Origin: Candidatus Enterousia sp.
Lineage (GTDB): Bacteria > Pseudomonadota > Alphaproteobacteria > Rs-D84
DNA length: 64,000 nucleotides
Direction: 5' to 3'
Assembly: GCA_045630455.1 (NCBI GenBank)
Contig: JAZQTD010000044.1
Coordinates: 6,335 to 70,334 of the forward strand
Made by a program: the position numbers and the translations under genes. Positions 46,485 to 56,238 of this stretch are shown here, in pieces (positions within the stretch are counted from its first letter, which is position 1; each line of letters begins with the position of its first letter). The notes under the pieces are model-generated. The model was not told the DNA's origin. It was given only the letters and a program-made list of their open reading frames with translations, and did not search any database.

Positions 46485-47049
46485 ATTTTTGAAAATTATA
46501 GGCCAACTGTTTCAACGGGCGCACCAATGGATTCGAATCCATAATATCTACAACCTGTTGTGTACGCTGGGCCGTTTTTTTAATCTCATCCGCAAAGCGT
46601 TGTGCATTATCGCGAAAACTCGCCCGATTAGACGTTCTGTCATATTCCCAATTTTGTATCAATCCAGCCAATTTATACAGATCATGATACAATTCAGATG
46701 AATAGCACGCATTTTTTACAGTTTCAGCAAACTGTTCACGCGGACCGTGCACGATATAAAACGCATCAACAGGCCCTATACCATTTTCTTTGGCATATTC
46801 AACCGCCCGATTATTCCAATCGCCCTGTGTATCAGCACGCGAAAAATATTTTTTTGGGTTGTTAAAAACGCCTTCCAAGTATCGCAATGCCACACCTGCA
46901 TCACGACGAGCTGTTTTTGGTAAAGACTTCCAGTGTTTTTTCAAATCTGAACGTACCAAGACATAGTAATTAAACAATGCCTTTTTTATATCATTGTATA
47001 CCCAATCACTTGTCATTTTTGGATAACGTCTGATCAGATTTTTTTTCAT
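46483..47049 (-). CDS. hypothetical basic protein
   Basis: 188-aa ORF co-oriented with and 17 nt from the next gene; no family recognised. Confidence 0.6.
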   Translation of the reverse strand: MKKNLIRRYPKMTSDWVYNDIKKALFNYYVLVRSDLKKHWKSLPKTARRDAGVALRYLEGVFNNPKKYFSRADTQGDWNNRAVEYAKENGIGPVDAFYIVHGPREQFAETVKNACYSSELYHDLYKLAGLIQNWEYDRTSNRASFRDNAQRFADEIKKTAQRTQQVVDIMDSNPLVRPLKQLAYNFQK

Positions 47050-47066
47050 TACCTGACTCTTTTATC

Positions 47067-47393
47067 TTATTTCTGCAAACAAAATTGCTTCATCATCGCA
47101 CGGCCCTGTAAAACCTTGGCCTTATTTTGTGCAACAGTTGCCTTACGTGGCAAATACCATGTACATTCAAATGTATTTGCACCCGTCTGAACAGTTTTTT
47201 GTTCAGACAACTTGTTATATGCAGCACGCAATTTTTTTGCCTTGATGCGACTTTTTGCCTGTCGCTCTGCCAAATACAACGCACGCAAAATTGTTTCATA
47301 TTCTGCAATCAACTTTGCATTACCATTAACCAGATTACGCAAATCAAGCAACGCCAAACTCGCACCTGCTTTACTAAATTCATATTTCATCAT
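47067..47393 (-). CDS. hypothetical basic protein
   Basis: SD AAGGAG 7 nt before ATG 47393 (MMKYEF...); the longer track start overlaps the promoter. Confidence 0.6.
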   Translation of the reverse strand: MMKYEFSKAGASLALLDLRNLVNGNAKLIAEYETILRALYLAERQAKSRIKAKKLRAAYNKLSEQKTVQTGANTFECTWYLPRKATVAQNKAKVLQGRAMMKQFCLQK

Positions 47394-47430
47394 TGTTAAC
47401 TCCTTTGGTTTCATCAAACTCACACTTATT

Positions 47431-47458
47431 AATATAGACAAATTTTTACGAATGTCAA
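47431..47458 (-). promoter_or_regulatory. promoter TTGACA-N16-TATATT
   Basis: Same TTGACATT-N8-TTTGTCTATATT architecture as 16460-16487. Confidence 0.6.
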
Positions 47459-47541
47459 TATTAGATCATAAAAAAAGTTGAAAAATCCTATTTTTAAGTA
47501 TACCCTGTATCCGATTAGGCTAAAAATATGGGGCAAAAAAT

Positions 47542-49374
47542 ATGAAAATTCGCAATATTGCAATTATCGCACACGTTGACCACGGTAAAACAACACTGGT
47601 TGACAATATGTTGAAACAGGCGGGAACTTTCCGCGAAAACGAACACATTGATGAGCGCGTAATGGACAGTGGCGACATCGAACGCGAACGCGGCATTACT
47701 ATTTCTGCAAAGCCAACATCTATCCAGTGGGGCGAATACAAAATTAACATCGTTGACACACCAGGCCACGCAGACTTTGGTGGCGAAGTTGAACGTATTC
47801 TGTCTATGGTTGATGGAGTTGTGTTATTGGTTGACAGTTCCGAAGGTCCACTGCCCCAGACCAAGTTCGTATTGTCCAAGGCATTAAAACTGGGGTTGCG
47901 TCCGATTGTCTGCATCAACAAAGTTGACCGTTCTGACGCGCGCCCAGACGAAGTTTTAACTGAAACATTTGACCTGTTTGATAAACTGGGGGCGACCGAT
48001 TCCCAACTTGATTTCCCATATTTATATTCTGTTGGCCGTGACGGTTGGGCGGTTCGCGATTTGAACGATGAACGCAAAGACTTGACCCCACTGTTCCAAT
48101 TAATCGTTGACCACGTACCAGCCCCAGACTGCAATGGCACACGTTGCCAACTGGATGCACCATTTACAATGCTGGCAACCACACTAGAAGCCGACCCATA
48201 CGTTGGTCGTATTTTAACTGGGAAAATAGAATCAGGCACTGTTCGTGTTGGTCAATCGGTCAAAGCAATCAATATGAACGGCGAATTTATAGAAAACGCT
48301 AAAATCACAAAAATTATTGAACATCGTGGCGTTGAAAAAGTTTCGCGCGATACCGCATCGGCCGGTGACATTGTCGTAGTTGCTGGTTTTTCCAAGGCAA
48401 CGGTATCTGACACCCTGTGTGCGCCAGAGGTTACCGAACCAATCCCTGCAATGCCAATTGATCCACCAACCTTGACTATGACGTTCTTTGTAAACACATC
48501 TCCTTTAGCAGGTAAAAGTGGTAAAAAATTAACATCACGTATGATTGGCGAACGTTTATTCAAAGAAGCCGAAACAAATATCGCCCTGCGCGTTGAACAA
48601 AGCGAAAACAACGAAGCGTTCGAGGTATCTGGTCGTGGAGAATTACAGTTGGGCATTTTAATTGAAACAATGCGCCGCGAAGGTTTTGAATTATCTGTAT
48701 CGCGTCCACGCGTTGTAATGCACACCGATGAAAATGGCAATAAATTAGAACCAATCGAAGACGTTGTAATTGACGTAGACGATGAATTTAGTGGCGTTGT
48801 TATTGAAAAAATGACCAAGCGCAAAGCCACAATCACAGAAATGAAGGCATCTGGCAACGGCAAAACCCGTATTGTATTTTCTGCGCCATCACGTGGTCTG
48901 ATTGGCTATTTATCTGAATTCCGCACGGATACACGTGGCACGGGCATTATGAACCGCGTATTTGATAAATACGATGAATACCGTGGTCCAATCCAACAAT
49001 ACCGCCCAGGCGTTCTGGTTTCTATGGAAAAAGGTGCAGCAGCAACATATGCACTGTTTAACCTGCAACCACGTGGTACATTGTTCATCGAGCCACAAAC
49101 CGAAGTTTATTCAGGTATGATTATCGGCGAACACAGCAAAGAAAACGATTTGGAAGTTAATCCGATTAAGGGCAAAGAATTAACCAACATGCGTTCGGTA
49201 ACTGCGGATGAAAAGTTATTCTTGGCACCACCACGCCGTATTTCTTTGGAAGAAGCCCTGTCCTATATCTTGGACGACGAACTGGTAGAAGTTACCCCCG
49301 CCACAATTCGTCTGCGCAAGAAAGAATTGGACAGCAACACACGTAAAAAATTAAAAAAACACGTTGAAGAATAA
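47542..49374 (+). CDS. typA: translational GTPase TypA/BipA
   Basis: IRNIAIIAHVDHGKTTL, ERGITI, DTPGHADF, GRGELQL and LEP.E motifs. Confidence 0.98.
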   Translation: MKIRNIAIIAHVDHGKTTLVDNMLKQAGTFRENEHIDERVMDSGDIERERGITISAKPTSIQWGEYKINIVDTPGHADFGGEVERILSMVDGVVLLVDSSEGPLPQTKFVLSKALKLGLRPIVCINKVDRSDARPDEVLTETFDLFDKLGATDSQLDFPYLYSVGRDGWAVRDLNDERKDLTPLFQLIVDHVPAPDCNGTRCQLDAPFTMLATTLEADPYVGRILTGKIESGTVRVGQSVKAINMNGEFIENAKITKIIEHRGVEKVSRDTASAGDIVVVAGFSKATVSDTLCAPEVTEPIPAMPIDPPTLTMTFFVNTSPLAGKSGKKLTSRMIGERLFKEAETNIALRVEQSENNEAFEVSGRGELQLGILIETMRREGFELSVSRPRVVMHTDENGNKLEPIEDVVIDVDDEFSGVVIEKMTKRKATITEMKASGNGKTRIVFSAPSRGLIGYLSEFRTDTRGTGIMNRVFDKYDEYRGPIQQYRPGVLVSMEKGAAATYALFNLQPRGTLFIEPQTEVYSGMIIGEHSKENDLEVNPIKGKELTNMRSVTADEKLFLAPPRRISLEEALSYILDDELVEVTPATIRLRKKELDSNTRKKLKKHVEE

Positions 49375-49380
49375 CCCCCC

Positions 49381-49405
49381 ATCGCTATGAGAAAATCATA
49401 GCGAT
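49381..49405 (+). terminator. terminator of typA
   Basis: ATCGCTATGA-GAAAA-TCATAGCGAT 10-bp perfect stem plus TTTT. Confidence 0.85.
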
Positions 49406-49434
49406 TTTTATTTAAGATGCTACAATATCAATAA

Positions 49435-50286
49435 ATGAAAAACGTAAAACGCCTTTTTCTATTCGCAGGATATGATAAACACGGCATTATTGATACGTCC
49501 TTGGTTATGTATGTTTCTGCGCTGAATAAACTGGGGGATGTTGTTGTCTGTATGGATTCAGACTGTGACGATTCCGAATTAAAAAAACTAAACAAACTCA
49601 CATTACACGCCGCAGCAGCACGCCACAGTGAATATGACTTTGGTTCTTACAAGCGTGCATATACTTGGGCGCGCGAAAATATCGATATTAATAAATACGA
49701 TTTTGTTTATATGGTAAATGATTCTATGTACGGTCCATTATTCGATTTGGCGCCATACCTGGAAAACCTAGAATCAAAAAATCTGGATGCGTTTGGTATG
49801 GTAAAAAATCCACACCGCACATCACCACACATCCAGTCTTGGTTTATCGGTATGCGCAAATCTGTATTTATGTCAGATTGGTTTAACGATTTATTGCAGT
49901 CTGTCCGCCACCAAGAAAATAAATGCCTTGTAACAGTTCTGTACGAACACGGATTTACAAAACGTTTAATTGAAAACAATCTGTCGTGGGATGCGCTTTA
50001 TTCTGCGCCAAGGCGTTCAATTTATAACCGCATAAAATATTTCTATAAACGCAAAATGCCGTTTATTAAAAAGTTAGCAATTTCACGTCATTATGGCGCA
50101 TTGGGACGACAACTACTATACATATTAAATCACACAGATTCAAAAACACGCAACATAATACTGACCTGTGCGGAACGTGTATACGGTGCCGAATACATAT
50201 CAAGAATATTAACACGCAACCCATTAAAAATTATATATCGCAATATCAGATACACAATTCATAAACTAAGGAACGAAGGCATATGA
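49435..50286 (+). CDS. rhamnan synthesis protein F (RgpF)-like glycosyltransferase
   Basis: FAGYD, YDFGSY, NDS.YGP, H.QSWF, YE.G and PF.K motifs. Confidence 0.75.
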   Translation: MKNVKRLFLFAGYDKHGIIDTSLVMYVSALNKLGDVVVCMDSDCDDSELKKLNKLTLHAAAARHSEYDFGSYKRAYTWARENIDINKYDFVYMVNDSMYGPLFDLAPYLENLESKNLDAFGMVKNPHRTSPHIQSWFIGMRKSVFMSDWFNDLLQSVRHQENKCLVTVLYEHGFTKRLIENNLSWDALYSAPRRSIYNRIKYFYKRKMPFIKKLAISRHYGALGRQLLYILNHTDSKTRNIILTCAERVYGAEYISRILTRNPLKIIYRNIRYTIHKLRNEGI

Positions 50287-51125
50287 AACCTAAACCATTA
50301 AAACGTATTGCCGCCATTACAATGGCACGCAACGATGAATTTTTTCTGTCCCGCTGGATTGAATATTACGGCGAACAAATTGGGTATGAAAACCTGTATA
50401 TTTATCTGGACGGCACAGATCAAACAGTGCCAGAGAACGCAGGTGCAGCACACGTAACAAAACTGCCCCACACAGATATGTCACGCGCCGCTGGCGACAA
50501 ATACCGCATTGGGTTAATGTCAGAACTGGCAAAAAAACTGTTTAATGAATACGACATTGTAATCGGATGCGACTGCGATGAATTTCTAATTGTTGACCCA
50601 AACCTAAATATTGAATTAGCCGAATATTTATCAAACAAAAAATTTAACACAACATTATCTGGTCTGGGGCTGGACGTGGGACAACATATGAAATATGAAC
50701 AGCCACTGGATACAACCAAGCCATTCTTAGAACAACGCGGATTTGCATTTTTATCTACGCGATACACCAAGCCAGTTGTGCTGAACAAGCCTGCCCAGTG
50801 GGGGTCTGGATTTCATCGTGTAAAAAAACATAATTTCCATATTGATAAGAATTTATATCTGTTGCACTTTGGCGCAGTTGATATGGATATGTTATTGGCC
50901 AAGGCTGCCAAACGTGGCGAAGACTGGGTAAATCACCTGAAACGTCGTGGCAACGGAACGATTAACGATGTAACTAATCGCCCTGCCCGCGGTGAAAAAT
51001 GGATAAAAATCGCCCGCACAATTCAAACTTATATCCGCGCACCATACGCACTTAATAAACCAAATATGTGCGGAATGAAAATCGTTGTTAAAATTCCAGA
51101 ACGTTTTCAAAAATCAGGGGTATAA
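50283..51125 (+). CDS. glycosyltransferase family 2-like protein
   Basis: TM.RN...FL..W..YY, DG..D, CD.DEFL and G.H motifs. Confidence 0.8.
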   Translation: MKPKPLKRIAAITMARNDEFFLSRWIEYYGEQIGYENLYIYLDGTDQTVPENAGAAHVTKLPHTDMSRAAGDKYRIGLMSELAKKLFNEYDIVIGCDCDEFLIVDPNLNIELAEYLSNKKFNTTLSGLGLDVGQHMKYEQPLDTTKPFLEQRGFAFLSTRYTKPVVLNKPAQWGSGFHRVKKHNFHIDKNLYLLHFGAVDMDMLLAKAAKRGEDWVNHLKRRGNGTINDVTNRPARGEKWIKIARTIQTYIRAPYALNKPNMCGMKIVVKIPERFQKSGV

Positions 51126-51128
51126 ACG

Positions 51129-52145
51129 ATGAAAGATAAAGAATTAAAAATCGATTTAGTATATCTATGGGTTGACGATACCGACAAAGAATGGCGCGCC
51201 CAGAAAAACAAATGGCAAGAAATCATCAAAGGCGAGAAACCAGTATCTGACTATGCCACAACAGAGGCACGCTGGCGCGACAACGGCGAATTTTTATATT
51301 CCCTGCGCAGCGTAGAACAATTTGTTCCTTGGGTTAATCATATTTATATTATCACAGGATTTAATCAAGTACCAAAGTGGTTAAACACCAAACATCCGAA
51401 AATAACAATTGTTCCCCACGAACAAATTATACCACACGATGCCATTCCTACTTTTAATTCCAGTTCCATAGAAATGTGTATTCCAAACATTCCAGGTCTA
51501 TCAGAACACTTTCTGTTACTAAACGATGATATGTTTTTTAATCGCCCCCTTACCCCCAGTTTCTTTTATGACCAACAGGGCCGCGCAATTGTTCGATACA
51601 GCAGTCATCACGGCTGTTGCAAGGATATAAACGAATGGAAATCCCGTGTTAGCGAATACGATCAAACGCTAATTTTATCTGCAGAATTTATAGAACACGT
51701 TTTTGGTCACGATGTCTATAAATACCGACCATCGCACGGAATAGATCCATATCTAAAATCTTCTTGGCAAGAATGCCGTAACCACCCAATGATAACAAAC
51801 CAAATAGACAAACAAATTCGCAACAAGTTTCGCACAAATAACGAAGTTCAACGTTGGTTATTTAACCTATATGATTTAGTGACTGGTCGTGCAGTATTTG
51901 TTCACAGTCGCGCCAGAAAACACTCACGTCACAGAATAACCAACGCAATATACAATATGATTTTTGCGCGAACAACTCGCAATTCTCCTGTTATATGCAC
52001 AGACACATCCAGTGCCCGCAAGGCGTTGTTACGTGCACCAATATTCTGTATTAACGACTCAAGCGATACAGATGAAACAATTTTACAACATAACGCAAAA
52101 TTTATGGCGGAACGCTTTCCAAACAAATCATCATTTGAAAAATAA
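51129..52145 (+). CDS. Stealth-family hexose-phosphate transferase
   Basis: CR1 IDLVYLWVD, CR2 RWRDNGEFLYSLRS...FNS.SIE...GLSEHFLLLNDD.F, CR4 FCIND. Confidence 0.92.
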   Translation: MKDKELKIDLVYLWVDDTDKEWRAQKNKWQEIIKGEKPVSDYATTEARWRDNGEFLYSLRSVEQFVPWVNHIYIITGFNQVPKWLNTKHPKITIVPHEQIIPHDAIPTFNSSSIEMCIPNIPGLSEHFLLLNDDMFFNRPLTPSFFYDQQGRAIVRYSSHHGCCKDINEWKSRVSEYDQTLILSAEFIEHVFGHDVYKYRPSHGIDPYLKSSWQECRNHPMITNQIDKQIRNKFRTNNEVQRWLFNLYDLVTGRAVFVHSRARKHSRHRITNAIYNMIFARTTRNSPVICTDTSSARKALLRAPIFCINDSSDTDETILQHNAKFMAERFPNKSSFEK

Positions 52146-52168
52146 AAAACGGGCAAAGCCCGTTTTTT
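52144..52168. terminator. bidirectional terminator
   Basis: AAAAAACGGGC-AAA-GCCCGTTTTTT. Confidence 0.85.
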
Positions 52169-53213
52169 ATTTGCTCTTAGACAATTTTATAAAGTTACGA
52201 ATATCCCCTGCCAGACTTTCTGCCCGCTTGTTTGGCGGGTTATCGAACACCCCTGCTTTATCCAAATCACAGAACCACAAACGAGCATTTTTTAATTCAT
52301 CATCTGACTGTAAATATTTGATTTTCATAAACGCTTTTTGTATAAATAGCCACAAGAAATTTTCACTCCATTTTTGGAACTGATAATCCGTAGCCCCCTG
52401 TTTATACTTTTTATAAACATCATCAATTCCGACACACAACCCCTGCATAATACGCAGCTGCTTTGCGCTTAATACAATACCACCGAAATTCGGCATATAG
52501 AAATACAATGGCAACCTAGTTATTGTCGTTCGTGGATTTCGTAATAAAACTTCACTCCACCACGGAAAATCTTCAAATAAAATCCCTTTGATAAAAGGAA
52601 TATCCGCAATCAATTCACGCTTATATAAACATCTCCAAACCTGACAATGTTTAATCAGCCATTTGCGTTTTGGATTAAATTTATTGTGTGTGCGCTCGGT
52701 CGCATATTCAAACACATCGTCTGTTACACGTGTCTTTATTTTAGACAAGTCATATTTTTTATTTATACGCTTTGGAACAAAATTATTTGTATTCAATCCC
52801 AATTTATGACGAACCATCAAGTATGGACGATAAATACGATCGTATGTAAAATATACCATATCTGACTTATCTCGTTCAGACATAAAAAGAGCTATTTCCA
52901 TTGTCTGGGGATGAATAAAATCATCGCTATCTACAAATAAAATATAATCACCTTTTGCGACCTGCATACCGACATTTCTAGCATCTGATGGTCCACCGTT
53001 TTCTTTATTAACTATTTTGAATCTTGCATCAAGTTTTTCAAACTTTTCTAATATTTTTATACTATTATCTGGGCTGCCGTCATTGACACAAATAACTTCC
53101 CAGTCTTGAAAAGTCTGATTCAAAATACTGGTCAAACATCTATTCAGATATATTTCGACATTATAAATTGGAATAATCACAGATATTTTCGGCATATTTT
53201 CATCCTTTTTCAT
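52167..53213 (-). CDS. GT2 glycosyltransferase
   Basis: ISVIIP.YNVE.YL, NDGS.D, G.S.ARN.G, FVDSDD and FED motifs. Confidence 0.93.
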   Translation of the reverse strand: MKKDENMPKISVIIPIYNVEIYLNRCLTSILNQTFQDWEVICVNDGSPDNSIKILEKFEKLDARFKIVNKENGGPSDARNVGMQVAKGDYILFVDSDDFIHPQTMEIALFMSERDKSDMVYFTYDRIYRPYLMVRHKLGLNTNNFVPKRINKKYDLSKIKTRVTDDVFEYATERTHNKFNPKRKWLIKHCQVWRCLYKRELIADIPFIKGILFEDFPWWSEVLLRNPRTTITRLPLYFYMPNFGGIVLSAKQLRIMQGLCVGIDDVYKKYKQGATDYQFQKWSENFLWLFIQKAFMKIKYLQSDDELKNARLWFCDLDKAGVFDNPPNKRAESLAGDIRNFIKLSKSK

Positions 53214-53983
53214 CTAAACAGTTTTATTATTTTTCTAAATTTCCATAACCATATTAAATTATGTTTTTTTGCAAATTCTTTACGATATTGCTTTCCTATT
53301 TTATATTGCTGTTTCACCTTGGCATGATGCTTTGCATCCCGTGAATTCAAGGCGGAATTTTCATTAAACATATAGTGATAATTTACATTTGGTACTGTCA
53401 CAATCATATTTGCTTTTTCTACTGCCTCTAACACAAATAAAGTATCTTCTTGGGCGATTAAACCAGTATCAAATTTCAACTTATGTTTTATTATAAAATC
53501 TTTACAAAACAAATAACGCCACACATAAGAATCAGTTAGCACAAAACTGTGTCTTGCTTTTTTATCAATACTACGCAATATCCTTGTTTTTTTATAGACA
53601 ATAGGTTTAGCGTATTTGTTATTAGTAACATATCCAGAAACAACCATATCTGCATTATTTTGCAACGCACAATCTAACATTCGAGACAAATAATTATCAT
53701 CAATAAAATCGTCTGCATCCAAGAAATAAATATATTGCCCTGTGGACTTTTTTATACCGTCATTTCTTGCCGCAGACACGCCACCGTTTTTCTTATGTAT
53801 AATGACAAATCGCGAATCACGCTTTGCATATTCATCCAAAATTTCTGCACTGTTATCTGGACTGCCGTCATTGATACATATTGCCTGCCAATCTTGGAAT
53901 GTCTGATTTAGTACACTGTCTAAACATCTACGCAGATATTTTTCAACATTGTACACTGGAATAATGATAGAAATCGCTGGCAT
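53210..53983 (-). CDS. GT2 glycosyltransferase
   Basis: ISIIIPVYNVEKYL, NDGS.D, ARN.G, FLDADD and ED motifs. Confidence 0.93.
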   Translation of the reverse strand: MPAISIIIPVYNVEKYLRRCLDSVLNQTFQDWQAICINDGSPDNSAEILDEYAKRDSRFVIIHKKNGGVSAARNDGIKKSTGQYIYFLDADDFIDDNYLSRMLDCALQNNADMVVSGYVTNNKYAKPIVYKKTRILRSIDKKARHSFVLTDSYVWRYLFCKDFIIKHKLKFDTGLIAQEDTLFVLEAVEKANMIVTVPNVNYHYMFNENSALNSRDAKHHAKVKQQYKIGKQYRKEFAKKHNLIWLWKFRKIIKLFR

Positions 53984-53993
53984 ATTAAATCCT

Positions 53994-54890
53994 TTACATT
54001 TTAATCATTTGATCAGCAAAAGAACCCGGGATTGGATTTTTCGCTTGTTGGTATGTGGTCTTTTGAAAGAATGCGCCACTTGTTACTTCATCAAACGTTT
54101 TCTTATCAAACAGTTTATCATGATATGCCCACCACAATGCATGTGTTGGATCTTGGTCAACGTGTGGTATTTCGGCAAAATATTTTTTAGCACGCTCATC
54201 ATTTTCAATTAAAATCTTGAACATTAACTGATGCATAAAATAATCTATCTTTGAATTTTCATGCATCCAATAATCCAATATCATCGCACGCCACGCATCC
54301 AGCAAATACGCCCCCTTGCGCGCACGAATAAAGCAATTTTGCATAAAACTATATGGAACACCAGCATTTTGTCCTGTTAAATATACAAAGAAATCTTGGT
54401 CACTTATCCATTTTGGAATTGGTGCAGTTGCAAACCCAGTTGAATCCAACCAATATCCACCATGATTATACAATAACTCAATACGACAAATATCAGCAAA
54501 ATGTGCATGCCCGATTTTACCTGCTTTGTATTTATCTACAATAACCTGGGGCAAAGAAATATAGTCAAACACAGAATCCATATCCAAAACGATTAATTCT
54601 TGTTTACAATTTTTACGAATACTTCTAAAACACGCCTTGACCAGTGGTGGTGCTTTATCTTCGCCCTGCAACCACAGTGTAAAGATTTTATCATTCTTGT
54701 CATTATTTTCCACTTCACGTTCAACCACCGCTGCAGCAGCCGGTAAATATCGCCTTAAATATTTCGAAACTATGCGCGATATAACCTCGCCCCGAACAGC
54801 CCGACGTTTTTTAGACGAACGCCACGGCCAGTTCAAAATATGTCCAAACACCGTAACCTTAGTCATCGCCCACGCTCTTGAAATATTCAT
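53994..54890 (-). CDS. capsular polysaccharide synthesis protein (DXD glycosyltransferase)
   Basis: IFTLWLQG...AP.LV..C..S, H.AD..R..LL...GG.W.D and YF..H motifs. Confidence 0.85.
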   Translation of the reverse strand: MNISRAWAMTKVTVFGHILNWPWRSSKKRRAVRGEVISRIVSKYLRRYLPAAAAVVEREVENNDKNDKIFTLWLQGEDKAPPLVKACFRSIRKNCKQELIVLDMDSVFDYISLPQVIVDKYKAGKIGHAHFADICRIELLYNHGGYWLDSTGFATAPIPKWISDQDFFVYLTGQNAGVPYSFMQNCFIRARKGAYLLDAWRAMILDYWMHENSKIDYFMHQLMFKILIENDERAKKYFAEIPHVDQDPTHALWWAYHDKLFDKKTFDEVTSGAFFQKTTYQQAKNPIPGSFADQMIKM

Positions 54891-54930
54891 AGGTCATCCT
54901 TTTTTATTTTTGGCTATTATCTGACAAATA

Positions 54931-54961
54931 ATCCCCAGTGACCAAACCGCCAACTGGGGAT
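54931..54961 (-). terminator. hairpin closing the recA transcription unit
   Basis: ATCCCCAGT...ACTGGGGAT 9-bp stem, followed on the minus strand by TATTTGT. Confidence 0.6.
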
Positions 54962-54969
54962 ATAAATCT

Positions 54970-55026
54970 TTACCACTCGTCTGACTCTTTCTTTACTTTT
55001 CGAAAAATATATTCCGTTTCACGCAT
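54970..55026 (-). CDS. putative 18-aa micropeptide MRETEYIFRKVKKESDEW
   Basis: SD AAGGAG 6 nt before ATG; second small ORF downstream of recA. Confidence 0.55.
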   Translation of the reverse strand: MRETEYIFRKVKKESDEW

Positions 55027-55042
55027 AATACACTCCTTTTTA

Positions 55043-55078
55043 TTATCCGATAAAATCATCTGAATAAATATTTGTCAT
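55043..55078 (-). CDS. putative 11-aa micropeptide MTNIYSDDFIG
   Basis: SD AAGGAGG 5 nt before ATG; starts 19 nt after the recA stop. Confidence 0.55.
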   Translation of the reverse strand: MTNIYSDDFIG

Positions 55079-55097
55079 TATGCCCTCCTTTGGTTGA

Positions 55098-56174
55098 TTA
55101 TTCTTCCGTTGGCATCACATCATCTTCATCATCCACTGGACCAGTTGTCATTTCTTCGGCGATACCAGATGAACGCGCCATAATTTTATTCAGTAATTCT
55201 TCTTGAACTTCTGGATGATCTTTCAACCATTGACGTGCGTTTGCCTCACCCTGGCCCATACGTTCACTGTTGTATGAATAGAAACTGCCTGCTTTTTCAA
55301 TCAAATCATATTTCACACCCATATCCAAGATTTCACTGATTCTTGAAATACCTTCGCCATACATAATTTTGAAATCAACGGTACGGAAAGGTGGCGCAAC
55401 TTTGTTTTTAACAACCTTGACCCGGGTTTCATTTCCAACAATGTTTTCTTTATCCTTAATCTGACCTGTACGACGAATATCAAGGCGCACCGACGCATAG
55501 AATTTCAGCGCATTACCACCTGATGTTGTTTCTGGGTTACCAAACATAACACCAATCTTCATACGAATTTGATTAATAAAGATTAACAAAGTGTTACTGC
55601 GCGATACAGAACCCGCCAGTTTCTTTAACGACTGACTCATCAAACGGGCAGTTGTTCCAACAAAAGAATCACCAATATTGCCTTCCAGTTCCGCCTTTGG
55701 TACCAGTGCCGCCACACTGTCAACAACAACAACATCAACTGCACCAGACTTAATCAAAGTATCTGCGATTTCCAATGCCTGTTCCCCAGAATCCGGTTGG
55801 GAAATAATTAAATTAGAAACATCAACACCCAACTTTTTTGCGTACGATGGGTCCAGCGCATTTTCCGCATCAATATATGCACATGTACCACCTTTTTTTT
55901 GGGATTCTGCAACCGCATGCAATGCCAACGTTGTTTTACCAGAACTTTCCGGACCATAGATTTCAACAATACGCCCCTTGGGATAACCGCCTACACCCAA
56001 CGCAATATCCAACCCCAGAGACCCAGAAGATATCGCCTCAATATTTTGTTGGGACCCATCGCCCATTTTCATAATTGCTTCTTTACCGAATTGCTTTTGA
56101 ATTTGTGCCAGCGCAGATTCTAATGCAGGATTCTTGGCCGGCGCATTATCTTTTACAACTTCTTTTTTCGCCAT
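55098..56174 (-). CDS. recA: recombinase RecA
   Basis: [44 protein letters not shown] and [11 protein letters not shown] motifs; start moved to MAKKE. Confidence 0.99.
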   Translation of the reverse strand: MAKKEVVKDNAPAKNPALESALAQIQKQFGKEAIMKMGDGSQQNIEAISSGSLGLDIALGVGGYPKGRIVEIYGPESSGKTTLALHAVAESQKKGGTCAYIDAENALDPSYAKKLGVDVSNLIISQPDSGEQALEIADTLIKSGAVDVVVVDSVAALVPKAELEGNIGDSFVGTTARLMSQSLKKLAGSVSRSNTLLIFINQIRMKIGVMFGNPETTSGGNALKFYASVRLDIRRTGQIKDKENIVGNETRVKVVKNKVAPPFRTVDFKIMYGEGISRISEILDMGVKYDLIEKAGSFYSYNSERMGQGEANARQWLKDHPEVQEELLNKIMARSSGIAEEMTTGPVDDEDDVMPTEE

Positions 56175-56238
56175 AATATTTCCCCTTTTATTTCGTATTA
56201 AAATCATAGCGGGGATATACTAAAAAAGCAAGGGATTC

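Noticed and set aside
47520-48863. Minus-strand ORFs (239 aa and 203 aa) over typA, and similar antisense ORFs across the track
   Set aside because: Shadows of conserved genes caused by codon bias; no independent signals.
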